This document shows, piece after piece, positions 42,201 through 54,200 of a DNA stretch of 64,000 nucleotides. The translations under genes and the position numbers were made by a program. Every line of letters begins with the position of its first letter. Position 1 is the stretch's first letter. Under the pieces are notes generated by a model. The model did no database searches. It was not told the DNA's origin and was given only the letters and a program-made list of their open reading frames with translations. This stretch comes from Sphyrna mokarran (Eukaryota), in the NCBI GenBank assembly GCA_024679065.1, contig JAGIQG010000006.1, positions 87,296,001 to 87,360,000 on the forward strand, given 5' to 3'.

Positions 42201-45200
42201 TCCACTTGCTGTCTCAATATTTCAGGTAAGATTGTTGGAAATTAGGGTTTTTATAGCCAGACGTGTATTCTGTTTCGATATCAAATTTCAGAATCCCTAT
42301 TGTGTTGAATCATGTGCCCAGAAAAGTGCTCCTGCCAAATATACTAGCATTGCATGTATTCTGGTCTTAAAAATAAGAGCAGTTTCAAACACTGTTCCAG
42401 AATCTGAAAATTACTGAGAAATTCATTTTCCTGGAATGTACACAAGGCTGCCATTGCTTAATACCCTAATTCAAAATGTCTGAAAAACTTTGGAAGATTT
42501 TACTAGAATGAGCACAGCTATTGCCACCTGTGATTCCTAAGCTTATGCACTCAATATTCTGACTTGCATGCATTTATTAGCAAGTGGATGCATCTTAGCC
42601 ATTCTGAAGTTAGATGGAGGCTGATCATTTTTTGGATTCAATTATTTTAAGATCTGAATGAATAATTTTGATCTAAACTTGCAAAGACTGCATCTATTGC
42701 TCTTTTAAATTGGCACAATGTGGAGCACAAACTATTTTAAAGACTCTCTTTCTGTTCCAGGATAGTGTCTTCTGGATTGATCAGGAGAATGAAGCCATTC
42801 ACGAAGCCAACAAGTTCTCTGGTCAACATGTGCTAACTTTGGTCTCTAATCTGAATGGACCACGAGATTTAATAATTTATCACAAGTTAATTCAGCCATC
42901 AGGTAAGCTTGTACTGTTTTTTTACAAACAAAAAGCAACTTTAATGTTGTATGTCAGCTAAAGGATGGAGGTTTCTACAAGATGGGGTAGTTTTTTCAAT
43001 TTCATGCTGCAGGCTTATGTTGCCAAAAATCTTAGCAAGTCTCACTAATAAAAGAAGCAAATAAAAATATGCTGGAGGAAAAACTCCTGGCAGCTTCTAT
43101 TGGAGAGTTAAGTCTGTTTCTATGGAGCCAACACCAAGTTCAAGTCCAACAGGGTTTATTTAGAATTGAGCTTTTGGACTCGACCTGGTGCCCCCTTCAG
43201 TCCAATACTGATAGCTCCAGAGATAGATTGGAGATAAGAGCTGGAGAAATATGATAGATTTTACACTTTAAGATTTATCCCAACCTATTTTGCTCCATCC
43301 TGAGCTCAATATCATGGACAGAAAGTGCTGATAGTCGTGTTAAAGGCATGATGGCAAAATAGACCTGTAATTTATAGGGCAGGAGGAATTGACATCAGTA
43401 TTTGCCTCTTTGACCTTTTAAGGTACAAATTTATAGAGTTGGTGTAACAATATTAATGAGCTACAATGTAACTAAATGAAAAGGAATTTTTTAAAATGGC
43501 ACACTAAGTAATATCTTGATCTGGGATCTGATTCAATTATAACAGCTTTGAAATTTTGAGCTTTTGATGTGCAATATCTTTGAGGTGGCAATTCATGCTT
43601 CAATTTTAAATATTTTTAAAATGGTTGGTTGGTTTTCTTTTTAGGAAGGAACTGGTGCAGTGTGAATGGAAAAAATGGAGGCTGTGAATATGTGTGTGTG
43701 CCTGCACCTCAAATCAACAGTTATTCAGCAAAATCTGCCTGTCTGTGTCCCCCTGGAATGACGCTTGCGAATGGACAGTATTGTATGGCAGGTACATAAT
43801 CAGCATAAATTCCCTCCATCTTTCTCAAGGAAAGAAACCAAGTGGGAGATTGGCTTGCAGTCTGGAGGATGTCTTGTAAGGGTGATATTATGGAAAATGT
43901 TCATTTATTTCTGAATGTTAATCTACACTCCTGCATAAAATCTGGGTATAATATCTGTGCAAAGTAATGGTGTCACTAGTGATTTTATAGCTATATTCTG
44001 AAGTTTTTTGTGTAGGTAGTCTGACATGTCCTATTCAGAAGTATAAGATGAGCAAGCTGGTATTTAGTATTCCCAGAATTTCCACTTTTTTATGCATACT
44101 TTATCACATCCCTTTCTCCCTCATCTTGCAAGAGGTACATTTTTACTTTTAGTAAAGCAACATGCTAAATTAGTTGTGCAATTGACCTGTTCAAAAGTTA
44201 TTGTTTAAGGTAGACAAGATGATATAGTACGGATTTTGCTGAATTAAGTGTCACTTGTTCCTATTCATTAGTTAACGTGACCTGTAGGGAATCGGACTTT
44301 GTGTGCCACAACAGAGAATGTGTACCCAGAAGATGGCTGTGTGATGGTAAAGCAGACTGTAAAGATGGATCTGATGAAAGTCAAGAAATCTGTTGTAAGG
44401 ATCTGGTTGATTATTTCTGTAATTGAAATCACTGAAAATTTCTTTGTTTCTGGCTTTTACCTTTATGAATGTACTTGGCTTTTTTTTCACCTGAACTGAT
44501 ATTTTTATGGGACAATACTTAAAATCAACCAATGGAATTTTTACATATTCCAGCAAAGTAATATCAATAGGTGAGATACTATAGAATTCAAGTGGCTGAA
44601 AAGTGAGATTCAATAGTCAAGTCTGTAAGTAAATTAAAATGAGTCATTGTGCCCTGGTTCAATTCTAGTAGCAGAAACAAATTCCGTTTGGTAGTGGAAA
44701 TACACTAATCATTGAAAAGTAACTTGCAGCTATGTAAGCAGTCATACTAAAAACTGCTTCTGTTTGAGTACACAAACAGATCTCATAATCTGGCACTCGG
44801 ATTGCTGTTTCAGATGTGAAAACCTGTCTCCTCCATGAAATCAGCTGTGGCCCTGGATCTTCCCAATGTATTCCTGTCTCTTGGAAGTGTGATGGTGAAA
44901 AGGACTGTGATAACGGTGGTGATGAAGAGAATTGTGGTAATGTGGCCTCTGCCAATGAGAAATGCTTGTTAGATTAACTTTGGCAAAACTACTTTTAGAA
45001 ATAAGAAAAAAGTCATAACAGCTGGCTTGTGGCAGCTAACACCATACTTTTCCAGAACAATGAACACTCCAGCTTTTTGTTACAGTAGCTAATTGATAGA
45101 TGAGGATTTTTGTAGCAGAGGAGCAAAGGAGGGTGAATAGCCAAACAATGTGGAGATGAAACAGTTTGGGGAATTAAAAGATCAATTCTAGGTTATAAAC

Positions 45201-48200
45201 CTCCAAGGTACTGTTTGGAACTAGCATTAAGAGCAGTGGTTTTTACCTATTATTTTTAGCTAAAAGAATTTCCCATTCATCCAGGATTTGAACTGTTGGC
45301 ATCAATGTGATTGTGGAGTCTTTAGTAGTGCTGGAGAAGTGGAACTACAGCCTGAATTTTCAGGATGGGAGTGTTTCAACCCCATCTAGAAAGTTGGCAG
45401 GAAAATGCTCCTCCATGCTTGTTGCAGCTTCACAATTCTGGCACCAAGCAAGACTTCTGTATGTATTTGGCTGACAGCTCTCAAGCCCATCCAAGCACAG
45501 TACTGTGGTGTCATGCCTGAGAACTTGCATCCCACAATCTGCAGTGATAAGTAGCAGGGTGTCCAGGAAGGTAGGATGTCTGGAGAATGATCACAAGGGG
45601 ATCTGTTGGATGGATGGAGGGCCTGATTGGCAAGAAGTGAGTGGCCCCAGTCAAAGGCACCTTCTGATTGAGGTGTCATTTACCTTCCCACTGAAGGGGG
45701 CACAACCTCAAGGTGAGGGGAAGGTTTAAGGGAGATGTGTGAAATTATTCACCCAGAATGATGAATTCTGGAATGTGCTGCCAGAGGTGGAAGCAGGCAC
45801 ATTAGTAACATTGAAGCATCTGGGTGGGGAGATTGTAAGGAAGGCGTTTTTAATTGATGATCAATGCAGGCTTAGAGCTGAAGAGCCTGTTCCTGTGATG
45901 TGCTTGTTTGAAGATGGAAGGTATAAACTTTTGTTTTCCTAAACCATTGTTGGGTGCCATTAACAATGGAAATTCCAAATACTGATGGTTGGATTACCTC
46001 ACTGGAGTTTGTCTTTTGTACTTGTACAGCATGAATGTTCCTTGCCACTGATCAGCCCAAGCCTGAATATATCCAGGTCTTGGCATATATTTCTGAACAG
46101 CTTCAGCATCTGAAAGGTCATAGCTGGTGCTAAATACTGCCTCCTTCCCTTTTTAATATGGTAGGGAACACATTGAAGTACTGAAGATGGTGTTAAGCAT
46201 AGGACACTACTGAGGAACTCCTGCAGTGAGGTTCTGGGTCAGAATTTAACCAGCCACAACCTTTTTGTGCTAGCTTTGTCTCCAAGTGATTTCCCATTAA
46301 CTCCAGTTTTCCTAGGGTTCTTTCTGTCCTCTAGTTCAACCATTGACAGGAGCTGAATTCCAGAGTTAGAATAAGATCTGGAGGTGAGTAGCAAAGCAGA
46401 TTGCAGGTTAAATGTCACATGAACAGTACACCCAACAATACCATCTGCTTTTGGTAGAGTAAACTGGGGTAGTAATTGCTAGGTTGGATTTGTCGTTTGT
46501 ACAGAGAACATACCTGGTAATTTTTCCATGCTGCTAGGTAGGCTGTACTGGAACAGCTTGGCTAAAAGGATGAGGTTAGCTTTGGAGCACAAGTACTCTG
46601 TACTAATGGAATGCTGTCAGACCCCTTAACCTTTCCAGTATATGGTACTTTTCAGTGAAATGAAATGAACTGGTCTCTTGTGATGCTGAGAACCTCTGGA
46701 GGAGGCCAAGATAGATCATTCTGCACTTCTGGCTGAAGATTATTATGAATGCTTCAGCCTTTTGCACTGTTGGATTCCTCCATTTGAAGATTGGATATTT
46801 GTGGCATTGTCTTCTCCAATACATTTAATTATCCATCACCATTCACAACAGGATGTGGCAGGACTTGATCTGTTGGTTCTTGGATCACCTTGGCTCTATC
46901 CAGTGCTACTTTGTTTATACAAGTGTTGTAGCTTCACCAGGTTGACACATCACTTAGTGGGTCTGAAGCTGCTTGTGCATTCTTAATTGAACTTGGTGCC
47001 TGATATTAATGCCTGTATGCCAAGACCTGAACACATTCAGGATCAGGCTGATAGTGGCAAGCAACATTCATGCCAAACAAGTACCAGGCAAATATTGAAT
47101 GCTAAAATGTAAATATTTGGTCATGTAGTATGTGTTGTGAGGGAAGTGGTTAAGGTTTCACATCTGTGACACTTAACCAGAATGTAACTTGTGTAAATGA
47201 ATATTTACAGCAGAGGCAGGCAGAGCATACCATACATCTAAGGTGACTAACTGAAATGGGGATATGAAGTAATTAATGAAAAAAATTGCACTTTACTGGA
47301 AGTAACACTGGTCCTTGGATTTAAAGGTGAAACAAGTATTATAAATTCCTTAACTAAGTTTTCCTGTAGGAAAATAGCACATCTCACCTTTTCACTGTAG
47401 AGGTGAGGAGGAAAGCCAGAAATTTTGGTCTGGGTGTTTAAGCACTTTCAGCTGAATGATGACCCAGCCTGAATTTAAGGTCTATCCATCTTAAATACTA
47501 TAAAGTTCAATGGACATAAATGTCTATGGGCATAAATTCTGTCAGAATGAAAGTCATGGCATTGAGGGTACTGGCTGTTAACAGATGGGTTGAGCTACAG
47601 GAAACCAAGTAGGAATAATCAACAGGAGACAAATGCTTCCCATAGTCAAGTCTCAACTGTTCACTTGACTTGTTTGTAGCAGGATGAAGCACCTTTTTTG
47701 ATATTTCTGGTTAAGACCAAGATTAGCTTAACTGGGCAAAACTGACAAAAGATTATGATGTGTGTAAATATGAACAAATTTGGACCACAACACAGTAAGC
47801 TAGAAGTCATGGACATTGAAAGATAATTGACAATCCAATGTGCTGAGAATAATCAAAGCTTGTTGGAATGCTGGTCTTTTGCATAGCTGAAGCATTTCAT
47901 CCAGGCTTAGACCACATCTGGAGCAATTTTGGGCACTGCACTTCAGGAAGGATGTTTTGGTGTTGGAGGGTGCTGTAACTTTAGTTACAAGAACTAATTG
48001 TATCCATGAATTTAGGAGGCTGGATAACTTGAGCTTTCAATGAGAACTGGCAGTAAATAGTGCTAACTGTGAATCTTAAAATTCATATATGGGCTAAAGG
48101 CCTTGGCCAGCATTTATTGTCCATCCCTAGTTGCTCTTTAAGACTGTGGAACATGGGTTCTATAGGTTTTCAGGAAACAATTGATTACAAGAAATTACTG

Positions 48201-51200
48201 TCAAATAAGTCTGAGCTCCACAATCCTTTTAATACATTAGTTTCTACCAGTCTAGAAACTACTGGTTCAAACATAAATATAAAGGTATTTCTATATTACT
48301 ATTTTCAGCTGGTGCTGGGATTCTAGCAACTTGAGTCTGGCCTTTATGTAAAAGGGTTTCTACACAAACTTCTATAATTGTCCTGCAGATACTTTTCAAA
48401 CCATGTCAGCTGGAGATTTCATTTGTGTAAAATAAGAAATAGATTGACCAAATTTGAGTGACAACTGATTTTGATGCTGGCTCCATGTGCAAAATATGAT
48501 CAATATTTGGTATCAATCAATTTGATAGTCATTTTGAATTGTAAATGTGTTTAAGCAGCCTTCAGTGGCAATATTAATACTACTATTTCCTGTTCAATTA
48601 TATTGACTGTTACTCTGGATAGGACTAGTTTCTTGAGCAGACTTTCTTTTTCAGGTACCTTTACTTGTGGCCCAACAGAATTTGCCTGCTCCAATGGCAG
48701 ATGCATTTCAGTGGTATTTATCTGCAATAATGAGGATGACTGTGGTGACAGAAGTGATGAAAAAGGCTGTGTACCAACTGCTTGTGGTGCACATGAGTTT
48801 CAGTGTAATAGTTCTGAATGCATCCCCTTGAGTTGGGTGTGTGACACACATGCTGACTGTGCAGACAAATCTGATGAATTTGCAGACAGCTGTGGGTACA
48901 TCCATTCTCTGACATGTTCTCCAAATGCAATTCGGTGTGGCTCAGGGGAATGCATCCATAGACGCTGGTATTGTGATGGAGATGCTGACTGCAGAGATGG
49001 AAGTGATGAAATCAACTGCCGTAAGTATTCCAGGCTTTCTGCTTTGGGTATTTTAGTGAGTGACAATGCTAGATGAAAAAGTATGCAAATGTTGGTTCAA
49101 GGACCATGATGAGGCCATTTGGTCTGTTCTGCTGACTGGTTAATTCAGATGTATGTCTTGCACCTTTCTGCCACCCTTTAAATCATACTTAATGACCAAA
49201 CTCTAGCTCAAATTTCATTTGTGCCAGAATCCACAGCCCTCAAGGATTCCATTGTCACTGTTCACTGCACACAGAACATTCATTGTACATTAACAGCAAA
49301 ATGTACTTGGCCACTACTAGAGGCCTTTTTTCATGAATAAAATGTCAATGATCACAAATAGTTGTGGAAACTAGGTTAATTCTGAAAGACATTACAGACC
49401 TTGTTGCATGATATGAATTAAGGACAACATGAATCACAAGTTGAAGAGAAAATTAGACATTAATCCATTTTCTTTCACTGAAATTCTTAATCTCTTCCTT
49501 TCTGTTTGGGAGATCACTCTCTTTTGGATAACATTCAGTTAATCTATGAAATTCTTTCAAACTTGCTCACTTCTACACAACTCACTATCTCCACCTGCAA
49601 TTTGGGGTCTACCCTCTTAGTATCTGTCAACAATTGAATAAAGTGTTATCCTTGAAACATATTAGAATACATTCTGTAAGCAATTGTTGTTTTTGCTGCT
49701 GATCTTGCTTTCTAGAAGTCCATGTTATCAAATTTCTGGAAAATAGCTCTTGATCCACTTCATGCTGACTCTTGGTGCTCCATGAGGAGTAATATAGCCT
49801 ATGAATAATGTAGGGATTGCTTTAGCAATTTTCTGCTTAATCCAATAAATTTTTTAAATTCCAGAAGAGAACTTTAGGCTGATTTTTGGGACAAGAATAA
49901 AGCAGCTGTTTTCAAATATTGCATGTATTAACCATTGGTTTTAAAACTGGATGAACTGCCTGAAATGTGACCTGCTATACTATAACTTTCAGCTCATCAC
50001 ACGTGTAGACCAGATCACTTCAAATGTGGTGATGGTACCTGTATCCATAATGACAAGAAATGTAATGGACTGAGTGATTGCCTTGATGCCAGTGATGAAT
50101 CTGGCTGTATAAATGGTAAGTGCATGGTGTTGTTTAGAATGATTGGTTTGTTGTTTTTAAACTGAAGTTCTTCATTATAAATGTATTTCCTCTTTCTGAA
50201 CAGTAGAGTGCAGAGGACCTACTGAATTTAAGTGTGGCAGTGGTGAATGCATTGATATAGCAAAGGTCTGTGACAAACATCAAGACTGCCATGATTGGAG
50301 TGATGAACCAGCCAAAAAATGTAGTAAGTAATGAATTAGTTGCATTGCAGATGTAGAGCTTTTAATGGATTACTGATTTGAACTTCCTGATTTTAAAAAC
50401 TGTTCAATGTTTGGCTATAGTTAAATACCTTTATTGTGGCTACCATTCTAATCAGATTGGTTTAAAGATTATGGTCAGAATTCTCCAGCCATTCACCTCC
50501 CTGCCTCCTGTGGGATTCTTTGGTTTTGCTGCAGATTTTAGTTGAATAACAAATTCTCCATCCTTGCAGCAGTGGCAGGGTGTGAACAGGTGGCCATTGC
50601 ATGTGATTCTGGCTAGAATCTCATTTAGTCTTTATTCAGTGCTGATTTTCATTATGCTTGTGGGGCATTGACTTTATTACACTTGCATTTCTTCAAAATA
50701 TTTGAAATTATAAAAATTTTTCTTCCAGCTTTCAATTAAACTATTTTTGGTTTTATAAGTCATTGACAATCCCTCCTGGGATCTATAAAGCCAAAACATT
50801 TTACTGAATGATCTAAGATTTTCACTTGTACAAAATCAGTGCAATGCAGAGATAATAGTACATTCTCTGTCAATGTAGTCTGTTTTTGCTAGAATTCCAA
50901 ATAGAATCTGTCTCTTTCAAGGATTTAATCAATCCTTATTGTAGGCAGCAGTGTTTACATGGTTCTATGCACCTTTCACAAAGGATGTACTTTTTCTGGA
51001 GTTTGTAGCATCTTTTGTATCTGTTTCCTGTTTGTGCCTTCAACCACTAACCTGTTGGTACTGCTTTCAGTAAAGGGTCACTTGAGGATTTGATCCTGTA
51101 TTTGGACATTGAAATGCTTGGCATCTAATTTTTATGGTGAATTTTCTTCTTCCTTAGAGGTCAAAGGGCATCACAATGCTTTCTACCCAAAGCAGGAATT

Positions 51201-54200
51201 AGGTGACTAGACTTTGATTAAATATTTCTAGTTAGTTGTAGAACTTGTTCTTTGACATTAAATATCTGATCCTGCACTGACTTGGGCATCTCCATCAGAA
51301 TGCAAGTATATAGAGTTGATGAGACCAACCTTTAAAATAGGGTATAGTATTGAACTCATGTCAGAATGAGTCAAACTTGTATTACAAAGTTATGTAGCTT
51401 ACTAGCAAAGCAATTCTATACATGAGTTAAATTTTGGAAGGATGGGGGAAGAGTTCTAAAGTGATTTTATCCTTTTTCCTCCAGATGTGAATGAATGCTT
51501 GGACAACAATGGTGGCTGTTCTCACATCTGTAAAGATCTGACTGTTGGCTATAAATGTGATTGTCCTACTGGTTTTGAGTTGATTGGTAAAACTTGTGGT
51601 GGTAAGTTTACCTCATGTTTAGAGAATAATGGCTTGTTTGATGACACTCCAGAGGATATTGGTGTTTTGTTTTTTTTTTGCAGATATTAATGAATGTAAA
51701 ATTCCTGGGACCTGCAGTCAAACTTGCATTAATTTAAAAGGAAGCTACATGTGCAAATGCAACATTGGATATCAAATGGACCCAGCTAATGGGGTTTGCA
51801 AGGCTGTAGGCAAGTATATTCAGTTGAACATCCAAAAGAGATTGGGTGATCGACTTGTCTAGTCACTTATTCAGGAGCATCCTAGTTTTGCTCAATCTGT
51901 CTGTTTCAGTGACAGACTTGCTAACTAATTGGGATGAAGGGAAGACTCCCATGGAATTGGGAAAACTTCCACTTGTGCAGATCTGCTCTTCTGAACTTGA
52001 ATCATATGAGACTTTTTATAGTAATGATATACCTGACTTGTTTTCAATTAAATGTTAAACTAGTTTGTTACTCAGTTCCCATACATTAAGCATTAAGTAA
52101 CTTGCGCATGAAATGGCCAACTGATCCATCAAGCTTGCCCCACACGTGATGACTGAAGAATTATAACTAAACCACCAATACCCTGGTGTCCCATTTTTCT
52201 CAACTGAAACAATCCAGATACTATAGTGTCAAGTGTATAAGCATTTCTAGGAATCCAACATTGTTGTAGCTTGGTCAAAGTAACTGAAGCACGTTCAATC
52301 TGTTACTCCATTCTTCTAGCTCTCTGAACTCTCATGGATGTTGTTTCTCCTTGCGGGAATGAGATCTGGCTTTAGTAGTCATGTTCATTCTGCATAGTGA
52401 TGTAGAATTGGCAGTGTTGGACTTGGGTAAACAGTAAGGAGTCTGACAATACCAGGTTTAAGCTTGTGTATTATCAAATAAATCGGTTGGACTTGAGGAG
52501 TCTGACAGCATCAGATTTAATGCATTCTGCATAGTGCCATTGAGTTATACTTAACTATAGTTTCTTGTCATTTTTCGTAGATCCTGAAACATTAGCTTTT
52601 TGCAACTTTCACATGGAATATGCAAGTATCCTATCAACACACGTGACAATTTTAATCTAAGCTGAATTAGTTTGCCACTCGCCCACTCCCTCAGTACGCT
52701 ACACTATCAAAGTTTCCAAAAAACACTTATCTACTAGATTTCCCACACTTCCTTACTTTCTAGTGACTTGGTCTGCTAAGGGACTATTAACAGTATCTTT
52801 TCTGACCAGTCAAATCCTACACCCTTTTCTGATAACTTGGTGTAGTCAGGATGAATCTGATGGTAGTGTTTTGTAGCCAATGAGGGAAAGTTAATATTTC
52901 TAGTGGACCTCATTAAAACTTTGATCATAGATTTAAAACATGGTGCCTGACCTGAGAATTTCTAGTTTGATTGCCAGCATCTGCAGTATTTTACTTGATT
53001 CATGTGACCTGCCCTTCCTCACCCATGCAAAATGTTAAGGCATTTCCTCTAACTGTGCTCTAGCCACCATCAACAAACTGATCATTGTAGACGTAGACTT
53101 AACAGTTTGTCCTCACACTGTTGCTTTCTGTGACATTACTTTTACATTGAAATCGTGTGGACTTTGTGTAGGCAATGCATGTAAAAAGGAATGGAGACAA
53201 GGTAATACATAAAAATTTGTTCCAGTCAGATTGCAACATTTCTGGGAGAAGCAAGACGTCTTTGTTGATTTTAGGATGATTCTTGGGATAGATGTGGAGT
53301 ATAATGGCTCCTCTCTTGGATGAATTTCAAATTGGCAGTCACTGTTTTTGAAAAGTCCCCCATGAAAATTGGATGAAATTTTTTAAGTATTGAACTCCCT
53401 CCAGGCAGACAAAGTGTTATGGCAGAAGTAGAAAGATATTACAAGTGGTTAGCATCAAATTAGCCACAAATAATGAAGCAGACTCAAGGGGCCAAATGGC
53501 CTACTCATAGGTGAGCTCCAGGAGAACAGTTGAATCCTTTTTCCACCCAATTTTCAATGACACTTTGAATTTGTCTCCCTTTTGTAAAATGCTTGTAGAA
53601 CAGGTCCACAATCTATTACAGATTACTTTAGTGTTTCCTAGTGGTAATAGTCAGCCCAGTACTAGCTGAGCTAAATAAGCAATTGTTTCTTGGCTTGGAT
53701 TTTAAAATGCCAGTGCTGTGCGCAATGCAACTTTTCAAAAATCCATAGCATAATCCTTGGGCTATATCAAACCATTGAAATTGTTCAATGAAACAAGGTG
53801 GATATGGTCTTCAGAAGTGACTTGAATTCAAGTCTCTTTTTTTTAAACTAGGAAGTAATTAAATATAATTCAAGTGAAAGATTATTTCCTTGCAATGCAA
53901 GTAATACCAATATAAGCTGAACTTGTTGCAACAAGATTGCTTTCATCTCTAAAGCATGGGTAAATAGTTGCTTCAGACAATTTATTTTTAATACTGAATA
54001 ATAGGAATGAATATGGCTTGGGCAATCTGCACTCATCCTCTTTGAAAGGTTTCTGGCAAACTCTAGCTTTGTTCACTTGATCCTGAGGATTGAGACAAAC
54101 TAATAGAATGTGTCCCTTCAAACACATTATGTAAATGCCTTGGTCTCAAGGTAAATGACAGTTGGTTGAGTAAATTGAACATTTCCTTAAATTTCCCAAT

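Noticed and set aside
22666-49066. Minus-strand and off-frame ORFs overlapping LDLRA exons (e.g. 22758-23063, 36721-37068, 48800-49066)
   Set aside because: Shadows of the coding exons; their mutual similarity only reflects the exon duplication.
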